From an uncultured Candidatus Sumerlaeota bacterium (GTDB taxonomy: Bacteria > Sumerlaeota > Sumerlaeia > SLMS01): a stretch of 56,419 nucleotides of DNA. The position numbers and the translations under genes were made by a program. The stretch is taken from positions 1 through 56,419 of the forward strand of contig CAYQTO010000007.1 in the NCBI GenBank assembly GCA_964420455.1, read 5' to 3'. The notes under the pieces are model-generated. The model did not search any database. It saw nothing but the letters and a program-made list of their open reading frames with translations, and was not told the origin of the DNA. This document shows positions 9,601-17,287 of the stretch, piece by piece (the stretch's first letter is position 1; each line of letters starts with the position of its first letter).

Positions 9601-10026
9601 CTGGAGGCGCAGCGGGTCACATTTTACAAGCGATTCGCGGGAGTGCGGACGGAAGGGGAACTGGACGAGCTGGTGGGGGAGATGCGCGACCGTTTCGGGG
9701 AGCTGCCGGTGGAGGCGCAGCAGCTGGCGGAGTCGTACCGGCTTCGGATCGCCTGCCAGGGGCCGCGGGTGGGGGCGGTGAAGAAAAGCCTCCAGAAGGT
9801 GCGGCTGACGCTGATCGAGCCAAAGGCGCAGGAGCAGGCGGACGCGTGGCGGGCGGCCGCGGCCGAGACCGCGGGCGTGGCCACCGCCGTGGCGGATACC
9901 TTCGACCAGGTGGTGCTCACCCTTGATTCCGGGGTCACGCCGGGGGAAGCGTATCCGGCGGTGACGGCGCTATTGCGCGGCGTCGCCGGGCGGATCCAGG
10001 CCGAAAGCAACGGAGGAGCCCCATGA
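6610..10026 (+). CDS. mfd: transcription-repair coupling factor Mfd
   Basis: GDVGYGKTEVA Walker A, VVDEEQRFG DEEQ box, helicase motifs and a C-terminal TRCF domain. No ATG lies near the N-terminus. Candidate starts are GTG 6610 or TTG 6574. Confidence 0.9.
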   Translation: MLAERSEPLAKVLGELREGKRTVLLEQLPGSSLPFVLSEIVRAERRPLVVLTAGGERAEDLTGDFEFFGLQPALHFPKWEVLPYDSEPLSIEVTAKTLDAFEAILRRKADADAPPFVLCAPVDAMMLRVLPTERLEELTVRIEWGATVDPAELGERLSSAGYSREPLVEARGEFSIRGGIIDIYPLNAENPIRIDLFGDEIESIRTFDVSTQRSLEDLGTEASLVVPPARLKSHIEEAVREGAPLDTFFQHLPEDTIVVLESPERFPEVCEYFESAVARQHEIAEKASGGSLPSPEKIIIPAAELVAHLEPFRRLEHSLNPTEGDRKSVRVRFPAQHYGPEASDLPSWMAQIRKLQSQDYLVVVVCDNDGQVQRFDELLREEEISAVSVFEQGWTEGFELKGVLEGYQDVLLMVGGVQTGFALPDIRLCVITDREIFGRYKRRYVYKKIYKGKPVQSSSEIRRGDFVVHVDHGIGRFLGMRVQEIDGRKVDLIEIEYADENKLLVPVDKIHKVQKYSGPESAEPSLDKLGSTKWAKRRKKHSEEIEKIADELLELYAARDLARRPEHTPDTHLQREFEASFLYQETPDQLQAIRDTKKDMEQPRPADRLVCGDVGYGKTEVAIRAIFKCVQSGRQAAVLCPTTILAQQHYNTFRERFADYPVRLDMISRFRKPQESREVKRKAKAGELDVVVGTHALLAKDMAFKDLGLVVVDEEQRFGVKAKERLKEMRTEVDMVTLSATPIPRTLHMALSGLRDLSIITTPPPDRQPIKTRIIQFDEEQIAEAILRELNRGGQVYFVHNRINTMDEVVRRLREIVPHARIVPAHGQMKESELEETMLKFIDREFDILVSTTIIESGVDIPNCNTIIINRADAFGLAQLYQLRGRVGRERRRAYAYLIVPQGRAITETAVKRLAAIEEFAELGAGFSIAMRDLEIRGAGDLLGKQQHGTITEIGFELFCELLEEKVSEKRQDVRPRFHDVDIRWDASAYLPPAYIPLEAQRVTFYKRFAGVRTEGELDELVGEMRDRFGELPVEAQQLAESYRLRIACQGPRVGAVKKSLQKVRLTLIEPKAQEQADAWRAAAAETAGVATAVADTFDQVVLTLDSGVTPGEAYPAVTALLRGVAGRIQAESNGGAP

Positions 10027-10421
10027 GCGAGCTGCAGGACCTGATGAAGAAGACCTTCGGCATGAAAAGGTGGGCGGTTGTGGGTGCCCATGAGGACCCG
10101 GCGCGATACGGATACAAGCTGTTCCGCGTGCTGAAGGACCGGGGATACAACGTGGCGCCGGTGCATCCCCGGCTGAAGGAAATCGACGGCGACACCGTCT
10201 ATACGAAGCTGGCGGAGATCCCGGAGCCCCCGGAGGTCGTCGACATGGTCGTCAACCCGGACCGCGGCATCCGGGTCATGGAGGAAATCCGCGACCTGGG
10301 CATCAAGTACGTCTGGATGCAGCCGGGGACGCGCAGTGACGAGATTCGCCAGTTCGCCGACGAGAACGGCATCACGCTGATCGAGGACTGCGTGCTGACG
10401 CGGATCGACCGGTTCATCTGA
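10023..10421 (+). CDS. CoA-binding domain protein (YccU-like)
   Basis: 132 aa. WAVVGAHEDPARYGYK...GYNVAPVHP...VWMQPG pattern of small CoA-binding proteins. Start overlaps the mfd stop (ATGA). Confidence 0.75.
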   Translation: MSELQDLMKKTFGMKRWAVVGAHEDPARYGYKLFRVLKDRGYNVAPVHPRLKEIDGDTVYTKLAEIPEPPEVVDMVVNPDRGIRVMEEIRDLGIKYVWMQPGTRSDEIRQFADENGITLIEDCVLTRIDRFI

Positions 10422-10451
10422 CCCCACGGAAACGAGGCATTACGCACGGGC

Positions 10452-11786
10452 ATGGCAGCGACGAAGGCACCCAACATCCGGTCGATCCGCGGCATGGGCG
10501 ACATCCTCCCGGTGGGCCAGAAGCAGGTCATCTATCAGTCGCACCGTTGGACGTGGGTGCGCGACCAGTTCGCCCGATGGGTGGAGACGCACGGCTATCA
10601 ATATATCGAGACGCCGGTGATCGAGGAACTCGAGCTGTTCAAGCGGACGAGCGGCGAGACGTCGGACATCGTGGGGAAGGAGATGTATCTGGTGCGGCGT
10701 TCCTCCGGCGTGGCGGAGGAGGCGGAGGACACGCTGGCGCTGCGGCCGGAGGGGAGCGCGGGGGTCGCCCGGGCCGTCGTCGAGCACGGGCTCGCCCGGA
10801 GCCAGACGGGCCTTAAGTTCTACTATGTGGCGCCCATGTTCCGGAGCGAACGCCCCCAGCGCGGTCGATACCGTCAGCATACGCAGGTGGGCGTGGAGTT
10901 GTTCCGCGAGGACGCGCCGGCCGCGGACGTGGAGGTGATCGCGCTGCTGTCCGGCTTCTATACACGTTTGGGCCTCCGCGACTGCGTCGTGCAGCTGAAC
11001 ACGGTCGGGGACGCGGAATGCCGCCCACGCTATCGCGAGGCGCTTGTCGCCTTCCTCGAGCAATACCGGGACGAAATGAGCGAGGAGTCGCGCAACCGTC
11101 TCGACGTCAATCCCATGCGATGCCTCGATTCGAAGGACGAGAAGGACCAGGAGCTCTTTCGCGATGCGCCGACCCTTCTCGACTACCTGAACACGGAATG
11201 CGCGGACCACTTCGACGAGGTGCGGCGCGGGCTGGATGCACTTGGTGTTCGCTACGAGGTGAACCCGCGGCTGGTGCGCGGACTGGACTACTACACGAAA
11301 ACGGCGTTCGAGGTGCGTTGCGAGACGCTGGACGGGGCGATCAAGACAATCGGCGGCGGGGGACGCTACGACGGATTGGTGGAACTGCTCGGCGGGCCGC
11401 CGACGCCGGGAATCGGGTTTGGGTCGAGCGTCGAGCGCATTCTTCTCGCCCTCGAGTCGCAGGGGATCGAGCCCCCCGCCGCCCCCTCGCCCCGGGCCCT
11501 TGTGGCCTACATGGATGCCGGGGTTAAGTATGACGCGCTCCGGATCACGCAGGACCTTCGCTCACGCGGTGTCTCTACCGAGTTCCTCTACCACGCGAAG
11601 AACCTCGGCAAGCAATTGAAGGAGGCGGGGCAGCGCGACGTGGAATACGTGGTGATTGTTGGGGGCGAGGAGTGGGACCGGTGCGAGGTGATGATCAAGA
11701 ACTACCGGACGCGCGACCAGGTGACCGTTGCCGTGGCGGAGGCCGTGGGCACGCTGCTGGACCGGCTGGGGGCGGGGGCGCCATGA
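10452..11786 (+). CDS. hisS: histidine--tRNA ligase
   Basis: 444 aa. RGMGDILP, FRSERPQRGRYRQH and GGGGRYDGL class-II HisRS motifs, with a C-terminal anticodon-binding domain. Confidence 0.95.
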   Translation: MAATKAPNIRSIRGMGDILPVGQKQVIYQSHRWTWVRDQFARWVETHGYQYIETPVIEELELFKRTSGETSDIVGKEMYLVRRSSGVAEEAEDTLALRPEGSAGVARAVVEHGLARSQTGLKFYYVAPMFRSERPQRGRYRQHTQVGVELFREDAPAADVEVIALLSGFYTRLGLRDCVVQLNTVGDAECRPRYREALVAFLEQYRDEMSEESRNRLDVNPMRCLDSKDEKDQELFRDAPTLLDYLNTECADHFDEVRRGLDALGVRYEVNPRLVRGLDYYTKTAFEVRCETLDGAIKTIGGGGRYDGLVELLGGPPTPGIGFGSSVERILLALESQGIEPPAAPSPRALVAYMDAGVKYDALRITQDLRSRGVSTEFLYHAKNLGKQLKEAGQRDVEYVVIVGGEEWDRCEVMIKNYRTRDQVTVAVAEAVGTLLDRLGAGAP

Positions 11787-12898
11787 TTCATCACGAGGTG
11801 ATCGTGGACCTGGCAGACCGGAGCTACCCGATCCTCCTGGGGAAGGAGCTCCTGGGCGACGCGACGCGTTTTCTTGCCCATCGCCTGCGGTCCCATCGGC
11901 TGTTCTGCGTTTGGGATGCAAACGTGGCGGTGCACGCGCGGCGGCTTATGGAGACGCTGGACGGGCGCTTCGAGGTTCACGGGCTCGAGTTGCCGCCGGG
12001 CGAGACCACCAAGTCGGTCCGCCATCTCGAGGAGCTTTGGGACGCCCTGTCGCAACGTCATTTCGGGCGCGACACGGCGCTGGTGGCAATCGGGGGTGGC
12101 GTGATCGGCGACCTCGCGGGCTTTGCCGCCGCCACCTACCTTCGCGGGATCGACTTCATCCAGGTACCGACGTCGCTCCTGGCCATGGTGGATTCGAGCG
12201 TCGGCGGCAAAACCGGCATCAACAATCGGTTTGGGAAGAACCTGCTCGGGGCGTTCTGGCAGCCGAGGCTGGTCCTTGCCGATCTTGACGCGCTCGAGAC
12301 ATTGCCGGATGCTGAGCTCGTCAGCGCCCTCGCCGAGATCATCAAGTACGGGGTGATCTACGACGCGGATTTCTTCGCCTGGTCCGAGGCAAACATTGCG
12401 GCCATGCGGGCGCGCGACGGCAAGGCGCTGGCCTACGCGGTCAAGCACTCCTGTCTGATCAAGGCGGAAGTGGTGCGGCAGGACGAACGGGAGAGCGGGC
12501 TGCGGGAAATCCTGAACTTTGGCCATACGATCGGGCACGCGATCGAAAATGCGGCGGGCTATGGACGGCTCCGTCACGGCGAGGCGATCGCGATTGGCAT
12601 GCTGGCGGAGTCGCAACTAGCGCTGGCGATTGAGGGAACCCGGTGGACGGCGCGGGACCACGAGCGCCTCGGTGCCCTGGTCGAGGCCGCCGGACTGCCT
12701 ACCCGCATCCCGGAGGATCTCGAACTGACGACCGCCCGGCTGATGGAAACCGCCCGGTCCGACAAGAAGGCGCGCGCCGGGGCGATCCGCTACGCCCTTC
12801 CCACCGCCATGGGCACCACGTGCAGCCACGCCCTCGCCGACGAGCAGGTCATCCCCATCCTTGTTCGCCATGGCGCCCGGGAGGCCGCTGCCCCATGA
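11783..12898 (+). CDS. aroB: 3-dehydroquinate synthase
   Basis: GGGVIGDLAGFAAATYLRGIDFIQVPTSLLAMVDSSVGGKTGIN and the HGEAIAIG motif. ATG 11783 overlaps the hisS stop. Confidence 0.9.
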   Translation: MIHHEVIVDLADRSYPILLGKELLGDATRFLAHRLRSHRLFCVWDANVAVHARRLMETLDGRFEVHGLELPPGETTKSVRHLEELWDALSQRHFGRDTALVAIGGGVIGDLAGFAAATYLRGIDFIQVPTSLLAMVDSSVGGKTGINNRFGKNLLGAFWQPRLVLADLDALETLPDAELVSALAEIIKYGVIYDADFFAWSEANIAAMRARDGKALAYAVKHSCLIKAEVVRQDERESGLREILNFGHTIGHAIENAAGYGRLRHGEAIAIGMLAESQLALAIEGTRWTARDHERLGALVEAAGLPTRIPEDLELTTARLMETARSDKKARAGAIRYALPTAMGTTCSHALADEQVIPILVRHGAREAAAP

Positions 12899-13350
12899 TC
12901 CTCGATCATCTGAACAACTGGGCCTTGTACTTCTCACGCGATTCGCCGGTCTCCCGCGGCATGCGATGGCTCGGGCGCGAGGCCCACCCGGATCTGCCGG
13001 ATGGCCGCGTCGACATCGACGGCGAGCGCCTCTTCGCCCTCGTCCAAACATACCCCACGCGCCATCCCGCCCACTGCCGCTTCGAGGCCCACCGCGACTA
13101 TCTAGATATACAGTACATCGTCCGCGGCGCCGAGGCCATCGGCTGGTTTCCCACCCACGTGCTCGACATCAACGAGCCCTACGACGAGAAGCGCGACATC
13201 ATTTTCTTCGAAACCCCGGGGAGCTATACGACGCTCGAGGTGTTCGCCGGGGGCTTCGCGCTCTTTTATCCCGGCGACGCCCACATGCCCGGCATGCAGA
13301 TGATTGGGCACGAGGAAGTAAAGAAGGTCGTGGTAAAGGTGCGCTTGTGA
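12895..13350 (+). CDS. YhcH/YjgK/YiaL (DUF386) family protein
   Basis: 151 aa. FEAHRDYLDIQYIVRGAE...FALFYPGDAHMP pattern of the cupin-like YhcH family. ATGA overlap with aroB. Confidence 0.7.
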   Translation: MILDHLNNWALYFSRDSPVSRGMRWLGREAHPDLPDGRVDIDGERLFALVQTYPTRHPAHCRFEAHRDYLDIQYIVRGAEAIGWFPTHVLDINEPYDEKRDIIFFETPGSYTTLEVFAGGFALFYPGDAHMPGMQMIGHEEVKKVVVKVRL

Positions 13351-13697
13351 GAATCGTGTCGTTGGTCGCGGTGTGTGCGATGCTGCTGGCGGGATGCGCC
13401 ACGCGCGAACCGGGGCGGCTGCTGTTTGTCGTGCCGGATACCCTGCCGGACGGGACTCCGGCGACGGAGGCCCGCGCCGCGCTCGAGGTGTACCTTGCGG
13501 AAACCGCCGGAGGATACACGCGCCTCGACGAGGTGACCGGCGGCTGGATGTCTCCCGCCGGGGTCGTGGTCACCGAGCCCAACGACCTGTACCTCGTCTC
13601 GCCCGGCGGGGCCGACCCTGCGGAACTCCGGGCGGAAATCGAACGGCGAATCCTCGAGGACTTCGACCAACAGGCGGCCTACATCGAACGGTGGTGA
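13347..13697 (+). CDS. small lipoprotein, unknown function
   Basis: GTG start overlapping the upstream stop. Signal peptide ending in the lipobox LLAGC. Confidence 0.45.
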   Translation: MRIVSLVAVCAMLLAGCATREPGRLLFVVPDTLPDGTPATEARAALEVYLAETAGGYTRLDEVTGGWMSPAGVVVTEPNDLYLVSPGGADPAELRAEIERRILEDFDQQAAYIERW

Positions 13698-13802
13698 CCG
13701 CCGGGAAAAGCCGATGTCAACCTCCTGTCACACGGCACGGCTTGACCGATTACGGCGCTTCCTGAACCTTTTCCTCATCCTGCACCCGAGGTTATCCCCA
13801 AC

Positions 13803-15215
13803 ATGGAACTTTCGAGGCGATCGTTTCTCAAGGCCGCCGGCGCCGTATCGGTCGGCTTCGCCGGCATCAAGGTGGCCGGCTCCACAAGCCGCGCCCAGGC
13901 CGCCACGGTAACCGCCACCGGCAGCGGGCCGGGCTACGGCGAACTCCTTCCCGACCCCAACAAGATCTTCGACCTCCCCCAGGGCTTCTCCTACAAGGTC
14001 ATCTCGACGGTGGGAGACGAAATGAGCGACGGCTTCCTCGTCCCCGGCAAGGCCGACGGCATGGCGACCTTTCCCGCCCCCAATGGCCGCGTCGTTGTCG
14101 TCCGCAACCACGAGCTCATGCCCGACTCGATCGACATTGGCCCCTTCGGCCCGAACTTCGAACGCGTTTCGCGCCTCGCCAGCGACGACATTTACGACAT
14201 GGCGAAGGGCAAGCCCTGCATCGGCGGCACCACCAACATCACCTTTAATGAGGAAACGATGCAGGTGGAGGAGGAGCGCCTGAGCATTGTGGGCACGATC
14301 CGCAACTGCGCGGGCGGCCCGACGCCGTGGAACTCCTGGATTACCTGCGAGGAGACGGTGATGCGGCGGGGTGACGTGCTCGAGGAAACCGGCCAGGAAT
14401 TGGAAGTCGACCATGGCTACAATTTCGAGGTGCCGTCGTGGCTGGGCCAGCGGGTGGCGCGACCGATTCCGCTGAAGGCCATGGGGCGTTTCAACCACGA
14501 GGCGGTCGCCGTCGATCCCCACTCGGGTATCGTCTATCAGACCGAGGACTCGAGCGACGGCCTGATCTATCGCTACATCCCGAACCAGCCGGGCGCGATG
14601 GCCGCGGGCGGTGTGCTCCAGGCGCTGGTCATCCGCGAGCAGAAGAGCCTCGTGACGCGCAACTGGCCCGGCGAGCCGGAGATCCCCGTCGGCAAGAAGT
14701 TCGAATGTGAATGGATCACGATGGACAACGTGGAGGCGCCGGACAACGACCTGCGCAAGCGCGGCCATGCGGCGGGCGCGGCCATGTTCGCCCGCGGCGA
14801 GGGCATGTGGTACGGCAACGGCGAGGTGTACTTCGCCTGCACGAATGGTGGAAAGGCGCGCAAGGGCCAGATCTGGCGCTACGTCCCCAGCCCGTACGAG
14901 GGGACCTCGCGCGAGGCAGACCAGCCCGGCACGATCGAACTCTTTGTTGAGCCGAACGACGGCAGCATCGTCGACAACGCGGACAACCTGTGCGTCTCGC
15001 CCTGGGGCGACGTGATTGTCTGCGAGGACGGCTCGGCGCCGGACCAGTTCCTTCTCGGCGTCACCCCGAAGGGCGACGTGTACCGTATCGGACGGAACGC
15101 AAAGTCCAGTTCCGAGCTGGCGGGCGTCTGCTTCTCCCCTTCGGGCAAGACACTCTTTGTCAACATCCAGCACGACGGGTTGACTCTGGCGATCACGGGT
15201 CCGTGGCGCGGCTGA
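13803..15215 (+). CDS. PhoX/DUF839-family secreted protein with twin-arginine signal (candidate alkaline phosphatase)
   Basis: MELSRRSFLKAAGA Tat signal. NCAGGPTPWNSWITCEET and surrounding beta-propeller-like repeats are typical of PhoX/DUF839. Confidence 0.7.
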   Translation: MELSRRSFLKAAGAVSVGFAGIKVAGSTSRAQAATVTATGSGPGYGELLPDPNKIFDLPQGFSYKVISTVGDEMSDGFLVPGKADGMATFPAPNGRVVVVRNHELMPDSIDIGPFGPNFERVSRLASDDIYDMAKGKPCIGGTTNITFNEETMQVEEERLSIVGTIRNCAGGPTPWNSWITCEETVMRRGDVLEETGQELEVDHGYNFEVPSWLGQRVARPIPLKAMGRFNHEAVAVDPHSGIVYQTEDSSDGLIYRYIPNQPGAMAAGGVLQALVIREQKSLVTRNWPGEPEIPVGKKFECEWITMDNVEAPDNDLRKRGHAAGAAMFARGEGMWYGNGEVYFACTNGGKARKGQIWRYVPSPYEGTSREADQPGTIELFVEPNDGSIVDNADNLCVSPWGDVIVCEDGSAPDQFLLGVTPKGDVYRIGRNAKSSSELAGVCFSPSGKTLFVNIQHDGLTLAITGPWRG

Positions 15216-15301
15216 CCGGCCCGAAGTTTGCCTCTGTTTACTCATGGATGGGCCGTGGACACTCCCACGGCCCATTCTCTATCTTCCGAAGGATTTCTTC
15301 T

Positions 15302-15625
15302 GTGAGTATCAAACGATCCGCCTCCTTCCTTGCTGTCCTCGCCGCGCCGCTACTCCTCGCCGGTTGTGTCTTCGCTCCGGTGGTTCCCCCGCGGGGGCTT
15401 CTTTATACCGACCAGTCGTCCCCGCTCTTTCGCGGTGGCGGCCCCGGGGAAAAGACTGGCGAAGCCAGCGCCCACAATATCCTTTTCCTGGTCGGCTGGG
15501 GGGACGCCTCCCTTAACGCCGCGATCGAGGATGGCGACCTCAACTCTGTCTCCTTCGCCGACTACCGGTTCGTGAACTACTTCATTTTCTACCAGAAGTT
15601 CACTCTGATCCTCCACGGGAACTGA
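15302..15625 (+). CDS. TRL-like family lipoprotein
   Basis: GTG 15302 gives the signal peptide ...LLLAGC. GLLYTD...ASAHNILFLVGWGDASLNAA resembles the TRL-like lipoprotein family. An alternative ATG lies at 15248. Confidence 0.5.
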   Translation: MSIKRSASFLAVLAAPLLLAGCVFAPVVPPRGLLYTDQSSPLFRGGGPGEKTGEASAHNILFLVGWGDASLNAAIEDGDLNSVSFADYRFVNYFIFYQKFTLILHGN

Positions 15626-15627
15626 GC

Positions 15628-16125
15628 ATGCGGCTCCTTTCCCTGCTGCTGACGCTGGCGTTGCTCCTGGGTGCGACCGCCTGTACCCGGATGGGTGTGG
15701 GCATGCCGCGGGCCTATCTTTACAAGGATGTGCGTACCCCCGCCTTCATGCGCGCCCCGAACAAGCCCGAGGAATTCCGCCGAGGCACAATCAACCTGCC
15801 GGAATCGATGATCAGCGTCGAAGTCCCTGCCTACCGGATCGACTTTGCAGGCTGGATTCCGCCCGGGCTCGACCTCTTTGCGTTCCCAATCGCCGCGGGA
15901 CCCCTCTCGCCAAGCCTCGGTTGGGGATACCTCGACCAGGAGCGCCTCGAGGAGCTTTCCGGACTCGAGGTCATCACTTACGCGGACTACCGCGAGATTA
16001 CCATCCTGGGCGTGTTCGAGCGCCATTCGTACGTGCTGTACGGTGATCCCAACGAGAAGCTGCCGGAACGTCCGATCGACGCGTCGCCGGAACGAGGCTC
16101 CCGCACGGGGCGCTATGGCGATTGA
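15628..16125 (+). CDS. secreted protein or lipoprotein, unknown function
   Basis: 165 aa. N-terminal signal peptide LLTLALLLGATAC. Tightly packed between the TRL-like and M14 genes. Confidence 0.45.
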   Translation: MRLLSLLLTLALLLGATACTRMGVGMPRAYLYKDVRTPAFMRAPNKPEEFRRGTINLPESMISVEVPAYRIDFAGWIPPGLDLFAFPIAAGPLSPSLGWGYLDQERLEELSGLEVITYADYREITILGVFERHSYVLYGDPNEKLPERPIDASPERGSRTGRYGD

Positions 16126-17287
16126 GTTCGACAGCGCGATCGAGTCGGGCAACGGCGTCGGGTTCGAGCCGGCGGGAGACGGTGTCTATACATTCCGCCT
16201 GAGGCCGGACACCAACTCCGACGACCGCCAGTGGTTTCACTTCCGTATTTCCGGGGCCATGGGCAGCGCGCTGACGCTCCGGCTCGAGGGCACCACGGAC
16301 TGCAACGTGCCGAGCCACTTTGCCTTCGCCCGCCCGGTGGTCTCCCACGACGGCGGCACGACCTGGCATCACGTGGGCGGGGACTGCACCCATGATCCCG
16401 CGGCGGGGACGTTCACCTTTTCCGTCGCCCCCCGGAGCGATGACTGCCGGGTCGCCCTCGCGGTTCCGTATACACACAGCGACGTCCAGCGGGCGATCCG
16501 CCGGTGGACGCAGCACCCGTTCGTCCGCCACGCGGTTGTTGGCGCTTCCATCGAGGGGCGCGACATCGACTATCTGCGCCTCGACCCGCCAGAGGTTGCC
16601 GGATCGCCGCGGCAACCGTCGGTCTGGCTCACCGCCCGCCAGCACGCCGGAGAGACACCCGCCTCCTTCACCTTCGAGGGCCTGGCGGACTTCCTCGTCT
16701 CCGACGATCCCCGCGCCGCGGGCCTGCGCGAACGCGTGCCCCTCCACATCCTCCCCATGCTGAACCCCGACGGCGTGGTGGCCGGAAACTATCGCGACAA
16801 CGCGGCGGGCACGAACCTCAACCGCACCTGGAAAAGTCCTGACCCCGCCACCGCCCCCGAGATTCATGCGGTCCACGCGCTCATGGAGCGGTGGGAGGAT
16901 TCCGGCGGGTCCGTCGACTTCTTCATCGACTTCCATAGTGACTCCTTCGCGCGCGAGCACTACGCCTTCCACGCGGCGCCGGGGGCCGATCCTCCCCGCT
17001 ATCCCGCGCCGGAGGAATACCATGCGGACAGCGCCCGGTTCCTCCGGCTCGTCGCCGCCCAGGCACGCCTCTTTCTCCCCGGCAAGGGTGCCTCCTACAG
17101 CGAAGACGAGGGCATCAGCTATCACTATATACGCAACCGCTTCGGCTGCCTCGCCTTCATTCCCGAATCCGGCTACTCCTTCGTCAGCCACGGGCCTATG
17201 GCCGGCAAGCTGATGACTCCCGACGACCACCGGGCCGTCGGACGCGCGTTCGGCCTGGCGCTGGCCCATCACTTCTCGCCGGACTGA
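16115..17287 (+). CDS. M14-family zinc carboxypeptidase (cytosolic-carboxypeptidase-like subfamily)
   Basis: N-terminal FDSAIESGN beta-sandwich signature, then LTARQHAGETPAS (HxxE zinc site) and FIDFHSD. ATG 16115 overlaps the upstream gene end. Confidence 0.7.
   Translation: MAIEFDSAIESGNGVGFEPAGDGVYTFRLRPDTNSDDRQWFHFRISGAMGSALTLRLEGTTDCNVPSHFAFARPVVSHDGGTTWHHVGGDCTHDPAAGTFTFSVAPRSDDCRVALAVPYTHSDVQRAIRRWTQHPFVRHAVVGASIEGRDIDYLRLDPPEVAGSPRQPSVWLTARQHAGETPASFTFEGLADFLVSDDPRAAGLRERVPLHILPMLNPDGVVAGNYRDNAAGTNLNRTWKSPDPATAPEIHAVHALMERWEDSGGSVDFFIDFHSDSFAREHYAFHAAPGADPPRYPAPEEYHADSARFLRLVAAQARLFLPGKGASYSEDEGISYHYIRNRFGCLAFIPESGYSFVSHGPMAGKLMTPDDHRAVGRAFGLALAHHFSPD

Noticed and set aside
13725-13747. 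Pho-box-like CTGTCAC upstream of the PhoX-like gene
   Set aside because: Only one heptamer resembles the enterobacterial consensus. The nearest similar word (CTTGACC) is 16 nt away rather than 11, and the relevant regulator motif for this lineage is unknown.
13728-15275. 515-aa minus-strand ORF, and similar long ORFs at 5132..6595(-), 7648..9087(-), 15998..17623(-), 17392..19314(+), 39483..41042(-), 51911..53626(-), 53266..54753(-)
   Set aside because: All are antisense or out of frame relative to genes with clear family motifs. Their translations are Arg/Pro/Gly/Ala-rich with no recognisable domains. These are the expected stop-codon-poor shadow frames of a GC-rich genome.
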